A DNA stretch of 61,439 nucleotides from Candidatus Nanoarchaeia archaeon (lineage in GTDB: Archaea; Nanobdellota; Nanobdellia; Pacearchaeales; GW2011-AR1). Shown piece after piece: positions 1 through 10,010 of the stretch. How positions within the stretch are numbered: the first letter of the stretch is position 1; the number at the start of each line of letters is the position of its first letter. A program made the position numbers and the translations under genes. Location of the stretch: contig DATDSF010000020.1 in NCBI GenBank assembly GCA_035291345.1, forward strand, positions 1 to 61,439, read 5' to 3'. Below the pieces are notes generated by a model. That model was not told the origin of the DNA, searched no databases, and saw nothing but the letters and a program-made list of their open reading frames with translations.

Positions 1-50
1 CAGTAGATTTTAAATACCCTATTTTGTAGCTATTTTATATTTGTTATAAA

Positions 51-1145
51 ATGTCAGAGCAAAATTCACAGTCTGAACATTCAGATAGTAAAGAAAAATT
101 AAATAAAAAAACTCTTAAAGATAGTTTAAAGAGTTTAAATCAATTCTATAATAAACAATACAAAATTATCCTATTTATACCAATAATTCTAACAGTTTTA
201 TGTTTAATCTATCTAGCATTTTTTTACATTCAACATGGAGATATTATAAACAGGGATATTTCACTTACAGGAGGTACTTCTATACAGGTAAATGTGCCAG
301 CAGATATAGAAGCTTTACAAACTCAACTTGAATCTAATTTCGGAGAAGTTTCTATAAGAGAAATATCAGATTTATTTTCAGGAAAGCAGCTTGGTTTTAT
401 TGTTGAAACTAGTGCAGATTCTCAAGAAGTAATATCTTTTTTAGAAGACTATTTATCTGTTGCTTTAGATCAGTCAAATAGTAGTGTTGAATTTACAGGA
501 TCTGTAATTGGGCAGGGATTTTACATTCAAATATTACTAGCAATACTATTTTCATTTATTTTTATGGGAACTGTTGTTTTCTTCATATTTTCTAATAATA
601 AAAAAATTAAATATGGATTAATAGTTTTAGTTCTAATCCCTCCATTGCTCTTCTTCTTTCTAAATGCTATTTCAATTACAATAGCATTCATCCTTTCAAT
701 TATATTACTAATTACAATAGTGGGTCTTGCTATAAAATATAGTATACCTGCAGCAGCTGTTATATTTGCAGCTTTTGCAGATATTGTAATGACTCTTACA
801 ATTGTTAATTTGTTAGGTATGGAAGTATCAAGTGGAGGAATAATTGCTTTCTTGATGTTAATAGGGTACAGTATTGATACAGATATTTTACTCACAGCAA
901 GGGTTTTAAGGAGATCTGAAGGGTCTGTAAATTCAAAAATATTTGGAGCATTCAAAACAGGAATGACTATGACTCTTACAGCAATTGCAGTTATTCTAGT
1001 AGGTCTTTTTATAACATCATCATATTCAAAAGTATTAGAACAGATATTCTTTATTCTTGCAATTGGCTTGGCATTTGACATATTCAATACATGGGTCACT
1101 AACGCATCAATGATAAAATGGTATGTAGAGGTAAAAAATGATTAA
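51..1145 (+). CDS. secF: Protein-export membrane protein SecF
   Basis: 364-aa multi-TM ORF with SecF-type motifs ISLTGGTSIQV and GYSIDTDILLTARVL. Overlaps secD by 8 nt (ATGATTAA). Has an N-terminal Ser/Lys-rich tail. TATA-like TTTTATAT lies about 20 nt upstream of the ATG. Confidence 0.85.
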   Translation: MSEQNSQSEHSDSKEKLNKKTLKDSLKSLNQFYNKQYKIILFIPIILTVLCLIYLAFFYIQHGDIINRDISLTGGTSIQVNVPADIEALQTQLESNFGEVSIREISDLFSGKQLGFIVETSADSQEVISFLEDYLSVALDQSNSSVEFTGSVIGQGFYIQILLAILFSFIFMGTVVFFIFSNNKKIKYGLIVLVLIPPLLFFFLNAISITIAFILSIILLITIVGLAIKYSIPAAAVIFAAFADIVMTLTIVNLLGMEVSSGGIIAFLMLIGYSIDTDILLTARVLRRSEGSVNSKIFGAFKTGMTMTLTAIAVILVGLFITSSYSKVLEQIFFILAIGLAFDIFNTWVTNASMIKWYVEVKND

Positions 1146-2670
1146 ACTAACTTGGAGAATTTGGCTACTACTAATATTACTTATCTTTTCATTACTGGCA
1201 ATTTTCAGTTTTCCTCCATTATTTCTTAAAGAAGGAGTTATTGTTAAGAGCGTAGATTTAAATTCTTCAGCATTCACTGCAGGCTTGAGACAAGGAGATG
1301 TAATTATTTCTATAAATAATCAACCAATATCAAAATTTGAAGATTATACAACTGCAGTTGCATATCTAAATAATAATTCAAATACTTCATCAAAAATTGT
1401 AATTACTACAAACAAAGACACACTATCATTTTTTACAGATGAAGCCTTTGAAGTAATTGTTGCAGATATTCCAAATACTAATCTTAAAACAGGTTTGGAT
1501 CTCCAAGGGGGAGCAAGGGCATTAGTTAAACCAGATCAGAATATAACAGATCAACAATTGAATGATCTTATTGCAATAAGTAGTGAAAGATTTAATGTGT
1601 ATGGTATAAGTGATGTAAGCATTCGACCTGTAAGTGACCTCGCAGGAACTAACTATATGCTGGTTGAAATAGCAGGAGCAAGCCCAAAAGACTTGGATAA
1701 TTTAATTTCTCAACAAGGTAAATTTGAAGCTAAAATAGGGAATGAAACAGTTTTCATTGGAGGTAATGAAGACATAACTTATGTTTGTAGAAATGATGCA
1801 AATTGTGCAGGAATAGAATCATGTCAACAGGTTGAAGGTGGAGAAATTTGTAGATATAGATTTGTAATACATTTAAGTCAGGAAGCTGCAAAAAGGCATG
1901 CAGATATTACAAGTAAGTTATCAGTTAATGTTACTGAAGGAACACAAAGATATTTAGAAAAACAAATAGACTTTTTTGTAGATGATCAATTAACAACTTC
2001 TTTATTTATTTCAGAAGACCTTAAAGGTAGAGAAACAACTCAAATTCAAATTCAAGGAAGTGGAACAGGATCAGATAGAGACTCTGCAATTAAAGATGCA
2101 GAAGCTTCAATGAAACAGATGCAAACAATTCTATTAACAGGAAGCCTCCCATACAAATTAGAAATTGTTAAATTAGATACTATTTCTCCAACACTTGGAG
2201 ATAAATTTATCTTTGCTATACTTTTAACAGGTATACTTGGTATATTTTTAGTTTCATTAATTGTTTTTGTGAGATATAGAAAAATTAAAGCATCATTAGC
2301 CCTTCTTTTCACAAGCTTTTCAGAAATTTTAATAATTCTTGGTTTCGCTGCACTAATAAACTGGAATCTAGATCTTCCAAGCATTGTAGGTATACTAGTT
2401 ACAATAGGAACAGGAGTTGATATGCAGATAGTTATACTTGATGAAGCCAAATCTAAAAGGCTTTTAAGTCTTAAAGAAAAACTAAAAGGAGCTTTGTTTA
2501 TTGTGTTCTCAACATTCGCAGCCTCTTTTGTTTCATTAATACCATTATACTGGGCAGGTGCAGGATTGTTTAAAGGTTTCGCAGTTACAACAATACTAGG
2601 AATAACTATAGCTGTATTAGTAACTAGACCAGCATTCGCAGATATGGTAAAACTTATTAATAAAGAATAA
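1138..2670 (+). CDS. secD: Protein-export membrane protein SecD with extra PDZ-like and Cys-rich extracytoplasmic segments
   Basis: 510 aa with GLDLQGGARALV (SecD GG motif) and a C-terminal TM bundle containing TIGTGVDMQIVILDE. Follows secF in the usual archaeal secF-secD order. Confidence 0.85.
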   Translation: MIKLTWRIWLLLILLIFSLLAIFSFPPLFLKEGVIVKSVDLNSSAFTAGLRQGDVIISINNQPISKFEDYTTAVAYLNNNSNTSSKIVITTNKDTLSFFTDEAFEVIVADIPNTNLKTGLDLQGGARALVKPDQNITDQQLNDLIAISSERFNVYGISDVSIRPVSDLAGTNYMLVEIAGASPKDLDNLISQQGKFEAKIGNETVFIGGNEDITYVCRNDANCAGIESCQQVEGGEICRYRFVIHLSQEAAKRHADITSKLSVNVTEGTQRYLEKQIDFFVDDQLTTSLFISEDLKGRETTQIQIQGSGTGSDRDSAIKDAEASMKQMQTILLTGSLPYKLEIVKLDTISPTLGDKFIFAILLTGILGIFLVSLIVFVRYRKIKASLALLFTSFSEILIILGFAALINWNLDLPSIVGILVTIGTGVDMQIVILDEAKSKRLLSLKEKLKGALFIVFSTFAASFVSLIPLYWAGAGLFKGFAVTTILGITIAVLVTRPAFADMVKLINKE

Positions 2671-2676
2671 ACCAAA

Positions 2677-3135
2677 ATGCTTCCTAAAACTCATATAATT
2701 CTCGGCCTGGTATTTTCACTTATTTTATTTAATTTATTTCCAGAGATTGGTCTTTTAGGTTTTTTCACAATATTCATAGCTTCATTTATGATAGACATTG
2801 ATCATTATATTTTTTTTGTTTGGTTCAAGAAAAATCCAAGCCCAAAAGCAGCATTTTTATGGTTCATAACTAAAAACAAGTATTATCTTTCTTTACCTAC
2901 AATTGAAAGAAAAAAAGCTCCAACATCTCCATGTATCCTTCACGGATTGGAAGCTATAGTTATCTTATTAGCTCTTTCCTTGGTTAATAATTTTTTCTTT
3001 TTTATTTTAATAGGTTTTTTATTTCATGAAATACTTGACTTTATCAGTATAACTTATTACGGTTTTAGCTATAATCATATACTTTCTCAAACATATAATA
3101 TTTTAAACTTTAGAAAAGGCAATTATTCTGATTGA
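2677..3135 (+). CDS. Membrane-bound metal-dependent hydrolase-like protein (DUF457/YdjM-like)
   Basis: 152 aa, polytopic. N-terminus MLPKTHIILGLVF plus His/Asp motifs (DIDHY, LHG, FHE) are typical of DUF457. A paralog lies at 33763-34296. Confidence 0.5.
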   Translation: MLPKTHIILGLVFSLILFNLFPEIGLLGFFTIFIASFMIDIDHYIFFVWFKKNPSPKAAFLWFITKNKYYLSLPTIERKKAPTSPCILHGLEAIVILLALSLVNNFFFFILIGFLFHEILDFISITYYGFSYNHILSQTYNILNFRKGNYSD

Positions 3136-3137
3136 AA

Positions 3138-3902
3138 ATGAAACCCCTTAAAAAAAAGGTGTTTGTCTTTATCCTTTCATATAACCATAGAAAAACTATA
3201 ATCAGTTTACTTGAAAGAATACCAAAATCAATTTGGGATGGGTGTTATGAAATACTTATTGCAGATGATTGTTCTAAAGACGATACTTTTGAAAAAGCCA
3301 TGGAATATAAAGCGAAAAATAAGCTTAATAAGTTAACAATAATAAAACATAAACTAAACAAAGGGTATGGTGGAAATCAGAAATTTTGTTATAATTATGC
3401 TATTTCAAAAGGATATGATCTTGCAGTAATGGTTCATGGGGACTTACAATATCCTCCAGAATATATAGAATCTCTAGTTAAATTATTTGATAATGATAAA
3501 GTAGGAATGTCATTTGGTTCAAGAATATCTGGAAATCCAATAAAAGGAGGAATGCCCCTATATAAATTTCTTGGTAATGTTTTTTTAACAACTATTGAAA
3601 ATCTTGTATTACAAACCAGATTAACAGAATTTCATTCAGGATTTAGAGCATACTCAATGCAAGCATTAAAAGAAATTCCTTACAACAAAAATTCAGATGA
3701 TTTTCATTTTGACAGCGAAATAATAGTTCAAATGATACTGGCTGGAAAGAAAATAAGAGAAATATCAATACCAACACACTATGGAGATGAAAAATGTAAT
3801 GTTAATTCTGTAAAATACGGCTTTAATGTCTTAAAGGTAATGTCCCAGTATGTTTTACATAAAACAACTCTAAGAAACTTCGAGAAATTTAATATTAGAT
3901 AA
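3138..3902 (+). CDS. GT2 glycosyltransferase, dolichyl-phosphate-hexose synthase-like
   Basis: The ORF track starts at TTG 3132; ATG 3138 (MKPLKKK) is more likely. GT-A features: ILSYNH, IADDCSKDDT, HGDLQYPP (DxD-like), NKGYGGN. Confidence 0.75.
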   Translation: MKPLKKKVFVFILSYNHRKTIISLLERIPKSIWDGCYEILIADDCSKDDTFEKAMEYKAKNKLNKLTIIKHKLNKGYGGNQKFCYNYAISKGYDLAVMVHGDLQYPPEYIESLVKLFDNDKVGMSFGSRISGNPIKGGMPLYKFLGNVFLTTIENLVLQTRLTEFHSGFRAYSMQALKEIPYNKNSDDFHFDSEIIVQMILAGKKIREISIPTHYGDEKCNVNSVKYGFNVLKVMSQYVLHKTTLRNFEKFNIR

Positions 3903-3933
3903 ATTTATAAGTAATTATTCAACTATTTTTCAA

Positions 3934-4842
3934 ATGAAGTTATCAGATTGCAAAGTAGATTTTCATGTATCCGGGTGGATAAGTGAAGTAAAGCCAGAAA
4001 AAGGCTTTTCAAAAATACTAGCTGAATTAATAGAACCCCATCCAAAGACTCTTAAATATATTACAGATAATTTGTATTCTAGAAGCTCAAATAGAGTTGT
4101 ATTTTTACTTAATTATTTTCAACCAAAGTATGAAAGACTAAAAGGGCAAGCAATAAGTTTAACAAATCAAGGCTATGAAATTGATGATAATAACATAGAT
4201 ACCTTTATTGGAATAACCAATAACAGAAAAGATTGGATGTATTTAGTAAGAGGTTATGAAATTATGTCTGATAGAGGTCATGTGATTATTGCTGGTATTA
4301 AAGATGTATATCCATTTGAAAATTCTCATTACACATATGGTCCTAATTTAGAAAAAGTTTTAAGTTGGGCTACAAAGAAAGAAGCATTAACAATTCCTGC
4401 ACATCCATTACATACAAACTATTTAGAAAAATCATTACTAGCTTCTTTAGCCTTAGCAGGAAGAAGAGACCCTTCGGGGTTATCATTAGGATTATCTCAA
4501 GAAACTTTAGAAGAATTTAGAGATGATTTTGATGCAATTGAAGCTTTTAGTCTAAGTATATCTCCATCTCAATCAAGAAGAATAAGAGAATTTGCTAAGA
4601 AAATAGATAAACCAATTCTAGCTAATAGTGATGGAACTATAATGAGTGCATTCTCATCTTACAATGAGTTTGGATCAATAGATTTCACCTCTCCAGAATC
4701 TATGAGAGATAGTATAAGACAAGCATTACTTTCAAGAGAAAAAGTAAAGCCAATATATGTTCAGGAAACAGATGGATCTAGATTAAAGGAAAAAGTATTA
4801 CACTTCTTTATGAATTTTGTTCAAGAAAGAGAAAATTTTTAA
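3934..4842 (+). CDS. Hypothetical protein, degenerate PHP/metal-dependent phosphoesterase-like
   Basis: 302 aa, soluble. Motifs KVDFHVSG, TIPAHPLH, AIEAFS and NSDG resemble PHP-domain motifs with several His residues missing. Same motif order as the ORF at 32919-33728. Confidence 0.35.
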   Translation: MKLSDCKVDFHVSGWISEVKPEKGFSKILAELIEPHPKTLKYITDNLYSRSSNRVVFLLNYFQPKYERLKGQAISLTNQGYEIDDNNIDTFIGITNNRKDWMYLVRGYEIMSDRGHVIIAGIKDVYPFENSHYTYGPNLEKVLSWATKKEALTIPAHPLHTNYLEKSLLASLALAGRRDPSGLSLGLSQETLEEFRDDFDAIEAFSLSISPSQSRRIREFAKKIDKPILANSDGTIMSAFSSYNEFGSIDFTSPESMRDSIRQALLSREKVKPIYVQETDGSRLKEKVLHFFMNFVQERENF

Positions 4843-5585
4843 TTTTTCTCGGCAACATACATCATTATGCTTGTACTCTCTCTTGATGTAAAAAGCAATG
4901 ATATTTTTAGAATAATATATAAAATAAAATTAGCAAACATTATACTATGGAATTTGAATTTGTTTATTCTTTTGTTTTTATTCTTGTTTTTAATAAAATT
5001 TTTAACAATCGCTAATGTGAATTTTCTTTCAACTAAACTCCCGATTGGTTTTGATAATAGTATTGTAAAGCCCTTCTCCTTAAGATCAGTTTCTAATTGT
5101 TCTGGTTCAAATCTTCTATAGTGCTCTACAAATTCATCATCTACATTCCAGTATCTCTGATGTACTGGAACTGTTATAATTATTTTACCCTCTTTTTTCA
5201 AAACTCTATGTAATTCTTTCAGAGCTTTTTTATAATCTTTAATATGTTCTAAAACCTCAGAGCATAATATTACATCAAAATTATTGTTTCTAAACTTTAA
5301 TTTATTTATATTTCCAACTTCTGCCTTATAACCCCAAGAACTCATTATTTCAGCTGATTCAGGAGAAATATCGATATAAACTGTCTTTTTAGGCAATGGA
5401 GACACAGGAGAAATACCAGAGCCTATATCCATAATAGAAAAATCATTTTGTTTTAGTTTGTTTAAATCTGTAAATTTTAAAAAATATTTCTTTATTTGTT
5501 CCTTTCTATTTTTGTAATTAAATAAAGAATTCTTAATTTTAATATATGTTTTGTCTCTAAAAAATTCCCTAAATTTTTCTTCCAT
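4839..5585 (-). CDS. Class I SAM-dependent methyltransferase
   Basis: 248 aa with motif I IMDIGSGISP, a post-I acidic residue and DVILCSEVLEHI (Methyltransf_11-like). Hydrophobic C-terminal tail. Confidence 0.8.
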   Translation of the reverse strand: MEEKFREFFRDKTYIKIKNSLFNYKNRKEQIKKYFLKFTDLNKLKQNDFSIMDIGSGISPVSPLPKKTVYIDISPESAEIMSSWGYKAEVGNINKLKFRNNNFDVILCSEVLEHIKDYKKALKELHRVLKKEGKIIITVPVHQRYWNVDDEFVEHYRRFEPEQLETDLKEKGFTILLSKPIGSLVERKFTLAIVKNFIKNKNKNKRINKFKFHSIMFANFILYIILKISLLFTSRESTSIMMYVAEKN

Positions 5586-5662
5586 TTTATTATTGTTAAT
5601 TATTAATTTGTTATTAAGTTGTGTTTAAATAAGCTTATAAATTAGATGTTTTTAGTAGATAA

Positions 5663-7522
5663 ATGAATAGTGTAGAGGAAAAAAACCAAAAGAAAAGTTA
5701 TTGGAATAATACGACAAAACTGCTTTCTGATCTTATTTTCTCAAAAGACAAAAAAATTGAAAGATATTTAGTTTTAACAATTTTTGTTGGATTTATTTTA
5801 AGAATTATAGCTTCAATTAATTTAGATGTTTTTGCAGATGATATGGTTCATGTTTCCCAGAGTGCAGGTATTTTAACAGCTAAACTTCTTTCAACCCATT
5901 CAAATCCAGCTTTATTTTACTATTTAACAGACATTTCATTTAATATTTTTGGATATACTACTTTTGCATCTAGATTTTTTCCGTTAATAACTGGAACTTT
6001 GCTTATACCTTTAGCATTTCTTATAGGAACTTTAATTTTCAAAAATAAGAAAATAGGCCTTTTTGCAGCTTTAATGACTGCTCTTTCTCCATTTTTAATA
6101 AGGAATACCTTTGGAGAAGCGTCGTTAGTCGTTCTTTTCTTCTGTTTTTTTGGAGTTTATCTTGGTCTATTATATCTTAACACAAAAAAATATTTATACT
6201 TAATTCTTTCAGGAATACTTTTTGGTCTAGGCTTTTTAACAAAGTATAATGCCCCCTTCTTTATACTATCTTTTTTGATTTTTTCGCTTGTATTTTTATA
6301 TATTAAGAAAGAAAAAATAATAACTAAAAAAAATATAACTGCTTTAATTATTTTTCTAGCAATTATCTTTGTTTTTGTCATACCCCCTATAGCTTTTAAC
6401 TATCTTATTTACAAGGACAAAGGTATTACAGATGTTTACTTTAGTAGATTAATCCAGACAGAAAGAACTCAAGAGATTTATGGAGGATTAGCAGGACAGG
6501 AAAATAGCTTTATTGATAATCTTTTTAATTTAAGAAATTATAACAATTCTTATCTTTTATTTTTTGACGACCTAATAGTCTTAGTCTTTGGTGTAATCGG
6601 GCTTTTATTCCTAGCAGTAAGAAAAAAATATCTAGAGCTTTCTTTTTTTCTTATATTTTTACTAGTTCCGTTTATTCTTCAAAGTGCAGGAGCTCCTTTA
6701 GCTAAGCATTTTGTATTTATGTCTTTCTTGCTTGCTATTTCTTCTGGCCTTTTTGTTAATGAAATTTATAAAAAAATAAATAACAAAAAAATATTTTATC
6801 TTATTATAATTCTAGTATTTTTAGCAATGTTAGCCAATCTTACTGTTAATAATGGAACACCAAGATACTATTATCATACAAGCCCAACTTCAGAACTTAA
6901 ATCTTACCTGCATGATAACGTAAAACAATCTGATTTAGTAGTCTTTGACGCGAGAATTTATACTTCTAGAATGTTTTGGTTGGCAACACCAAATCATTTC
7001 ATTGATAGTTACAGATTTACATATTTTAATGAAGTAAATAATAACATATCAATAGAGCATAAAGTACCTCTAGATGTTTATTTTGTGGAGTGTGCTGTTG
7101 ATGATTGTGGCTGGGGGACTATAAAAGATCAACCTGATGTAAATACTACTTCAGAAGCATTTTTTTCATTTATTTCAGTAAATGTACCAATACATAAAAT
7201 AGTTGATTCAAAATACTATAATAATAACGAATTATTTGAAGATTCAGAAGAGATACCATTCTACAAAATTTATAAACAAACTCTTTACTTCAACCCATTA
7301 CTTATAGAACAGACAAATCAGATTAATACTTTTTACTTTGCACCTTACTTATACAATGATATGTCTAACTATCTTTATAACTATCATATAAACTCATTAC
7401 TGGATAGATTATTAGAAAAATTAGCTTACTTTATAATAATAATTTCAATCATTTTAACAATAATATCATTTATACTAGTCTTAATATTCTTAACATTATA
7501 TAACATACATAAATTAGAATAA
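5663..7522 (+). CDS. GT-C fold membrane glycosyltransferase (ArnT/PMT, GT39/GT83-like)
   Basis: 619 aa with more than 10 predicted TM segments. Early-loop acidic motif (VFADDMVHV). Large C-terminal soluble domain followed by a terminal TM. Confidence 0.65.
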   Translation: MNSVEEKNQKKSYWNNTTKLLSDLIFSKDKKIERYLVLTIFVGFILRIIASINLDVFADDMVHVSQSAGILTAKLLSTHSNPALFYYLTDISFNIFGYTTFASRFFPLITGTLLIPLAFLIGTLIFKNKKIGLFAALMTALSPFLIRNTFGEASLVVLFFCFFGVYLGLLYLNTKKYLYLILSGILFGLGFLTKYNAPFFILSFLIFSLVFLYIKKEKIITKKNITALIIFLAIIFVFVIPPIAFNYLIYKDKGITDVYFSRLIQTERTQEIYGGLAGQENSFIDNLFNLRNYNNSYLLFFDDLIVLVFGVIGLLFLAVRKKYLELSFFLIFLLVPFILQSAGAPLAKHFVFMSFLLAISSGLFVNEIYKKINNKKIFYLIIILVFLAMLANLTVNNGTPRYYYHTSPTSELKSYLHDNVKQSDLVVFDARIYTSRMFWLATPNHFIDSYRFTYFNEVNNNISIEHKVPLDVYFVECAVDDCGWGTIKDQPDVNTTSEAFFSFISVNVPIHKIVDSKYYNNNELFEDSEEIPFYKIYKQTLYFNPLLIEQTNQINTFYFAPYLYNDMSNYLYNYHINSLLDRLLEKLAYFIIIISIILTIISFILVLIFLTLYNIHKLE

Positions 7523-7527
7523 GGTAA

Positions 7528-8580
7528 TTATCTTAAATTATTAGATTTAAAATCTTGAAGAGAATCTAACAATTTAATAGCTACCTCTGTTTTTTCAATA
7601 TTTCCATTACATATATTTTTAACTAATTCCTGATTATAACTATAAATTTGCCCACCATATTCAAATCTAGCCATTTTATGGGAGAAGTTAGATTCCAAAT
7701 TTGTAGGATTCAACTTAACTTTTGGTTTTGAATGTTCCCTAAATATTACCTGTTCTAGAAGTTCGTCACTATTTACATAAAAATGACTGTTAACGATAAA
7801 ATAACTTGCTGCTAAATAATTTAGATAATCTTTTTCATTTAATCTAAATCTTAATTTATGAAATCTGTTTCTATCATTTAATTTTCTTAAAAATTTAAAA
7901 CGATCAAGAGAAAATATTTTTCTTGAAAACTTTCTTAAACCCTTTTTAATGCTTGTTTCATCGCTATATTTCTCTAATGAATTGTAAAGAATTGGATATT
8001 TTTCCAAAAAAGGATTAATAAACCTCATGATGTGTGGTCCGCCAGGTCCTAATGTATACTCCTCAAAATATTTTTTTTCATAGTTTACAAGTAATTTTAA
8101 ATCATTTTTCAGACCATAAAAGCATTCATCTGCCATATAAAAAGGTCGTGTTATTTCAAACCATGGTACCCATACCTTTGCTTTGAAAATATTTCCATTA
8201 GGTAGGTCTTCAGTTATTTCAAATAAATCTTTAGAAGTTATTATCTTTTTCAAAAAATCAGGATGTATATATACATCAGACCTAGTTTTTAATATAAAAT
8301 TATTACCTTTAATATTGCCTAAACCAACATCCAAGGCTTTCATCTGTTTCCATATATTTCCTTCCCCTCCAACTGCTGGTTCCTCACTTTCCATTATTAT
8401 TACATTCATATCCTTCATCAATTGATGTATTTCTGGATTTTTCTGAGGTTCCCCTTTCCATGTGGAAAAATATATGTTATTTACTAGGCCTTGTTTTTTT
8501 AGTTCACTTAGATCTTGAAGTGACTTTTTAAACAAATCAACAGTCCTAATCAGACCGCAAAATAAAATATCTATACTCAT
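7528..8580 (-). CDS. Hypothetical soluble protein (function unknown)
   Basis: 350-aa ORF with balanced composition that fills the whole gap between neighbouring genes. I recognise no family motif with confidence. Confidence 0.55.
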   Translation of the reverse strand: MSIDILFCGLIRTVDLFKKSLQDLSELKKQGLVNNIYFSTWKGEPQKNPEIHQLMKDMNVIIMESEEPAVGGEGNIWKQMKALDVGLGNIKGNNFILKTRSDVYIHPDFLKKIITSKDLFEITEDLPNGNIFKAKVWVPWFEITRPFYMADECFYGLKNDLKLLVNYEKKYFEEYTLGPGGPHIMRFINPFLEKYPILYNSLEKYSDETSIKKGLRKFSRKIFSLDRFKFLRKLNDRNRFHKLRFRLNEKDYLNYLAASYFIVNSHFYVNSDELLEQVIFREHSKPKVKLNPTNLESNFSHKMARFEYGGQIYSYNQELVKNICNGNIEKTEVAIKLLDSLQDFKSNNLR

Positions 8581-8619
8581 TTTTCCAATATACTTTTTAA
8601 ATTTTAACTATTTATATAC

Positions 8620-9207
8620 TTAATCGTTTAAAAAATCTAAAACTCTTCTTATATCATAAGGGTTTTTTACTTGGCATATTTTAGCTCCAGACTTATTTGC
8701 AGCCTCTAAACCAACAGGAGAATCTTCAACTATTAACACTTCATCTTTGTTTAGATTAAGCCTTTTTATAGCCTTTAAATACATTTCAGGATCAGGTTTT
8801 GGATTTAAAACCTCTTGATTTGATATTATAAATTCAAAACCCATAACTCCTCCATAGCTTAAAAGTAATTCAGTACTTTTTCTTATAGAATTACTACATA
8901 CTGCAAATGGTATTCCTTTTCTTTTTATTTCATTTATTACTTCTATAACCTCATTTATAGGTGTAATTGTTTCTGGAATCAGTTTAAATGTTATTTCTTG
9001 TTTCTCTGAATTTACCTTATCAATCATATCTTTATAAAAACCTAATTTTTCCAGTTTTTTCTTAGTAGGTAAACCATTAAGGTGATTCATATGGTATTCT
9101 TCATCTATTTCTCTGTAAGGTTTAACAGCTTCTAAAAATGCTTTCTCGTGAAGTTTTACAGCATCTACTAAAACACCATCTAAATCAAATAGTATTGCTT
9201 TTATCAT
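8620..9207 (-). CDS. HAD-superfamily hydrolase (beta-phosphoglucomutase-like subfamily IA)
   Basis: 195 aa with HAD motif I AILFDLDGVLVD, motif II CSNS and motif IV EDSPVGLEAA. Confidence 0.85.
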   Translation of the reverse strand: MIKAILFDLDGVLVDAVKLHEKAFLEAVKPYREIDEEYHMNHLNGLPTKKKLEKLGFYKDMIDKVNSEKQEITFKLIPETITPINEVIEVINEIKRKGIPFAVCSNSIRKSTELLLSYGGVMGFEFIISNQEVLNPKPDPEMYLKAIKRLNLNKDEVLIVEDSPVGLEAANKSGAKICQVKNPYDIRRVLDFLND

Positions 9208-9236
9208 TTCTAAATAGCTTAATTATAGTTAGTAAA

Positions 9237-10010
9237 TTATATTATTTCTATATTTGGAAAATTATGACTTATTTCTCCTCTTTTAAGAAATTCTAAGAAT
9301 TTTTGAGCATCATTAGGTGTTCCCAATCCGTGTACGAATCTCGGTCTTGAGAGTCTTATAGTCTTTCCTCTTCTTATCAGATAATTATAAACAGGAGCAA
9401 CATAAAATTCCCCATTTGTTCTATCATTTTCATCAATCATCTCTTCTGCAGCCCATACAAAATCTCTTCCCTTAGAAAAATAATAAGCACCTATATTAGC
9501 GTTCCGTGATATTTGAATTTTTTCAGCTGTTTCGGTAACAATTCCCTCAGAATCAGTTTTTGCAAAACTCCATTTAGGATTATTAGCATAAAATACTGGA
9601 ATTATTCCATCAACTTTTTCATAATTCTCTATATCTTTAAACAAGGTTTTTCCATCTATAAAATGATCAGAATCTGTAATTAAAAGGGGTTGATTGTTAT
9701 TAATAAATTCCCTAGCTAAAAGAGCAGTACATGCAGCTCCATCTGTTATATGATCTACAATTATTATTTTTATTTCGTTCCCAAAAATATTTCTAAGTTC
9801 TTCATCTATTTTAGATTTTTCAACATGATCTTTTAATACCAGAAATATAAGTTGATCTCCATTTTTTATTGGTAAAGAAGAAATCGCCCATTCAACCATG
9901 GGATGACCAGCTATATTTATAATTGGTTTAGGTTTTCTATATTCTGGATTCTTATCAGCTTCTACGAGGAATCTACTTCCTCTTCCAGCCATGGGAATAA
10001 GAATATTCAT
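9237..10010 (-). CDS. Sugar/alcohol-phosphate nucleotidyltransferase-like protein (GT-A fold NTP-transferase)
   Basis: The ORF track runs to 10172, but the first 54 codons look like open non-coding sequence. ATG at 10010 gives MNILIPMAGRGSRF, a G-x-G-x-R nucleotidyltransferase signature. Confidence 0.6.
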   Translation of the reverse strand: MNILIPMAGRGSRFLVEADKNPEYRKPKPIINIAGHPMVEWAISSLPIKNGDQLIFLVLKDHVEKSKIDEELRNIFGNEIKIIIVDHITDGAACTALLAREFINNNQPLLITDSDHFIDGKTLFKDIENYEKVDGIIPVFYANNPKWSFAKTDSEGIVTETAEKIQISRNANIGAYYFSKGRDFVWAAEEMIDENDRTNGEFYVAPVYNYLIRRGKTIRLSRPRFVHGLGTPNDAQKFLEFLKRGEISHNFPNIEII

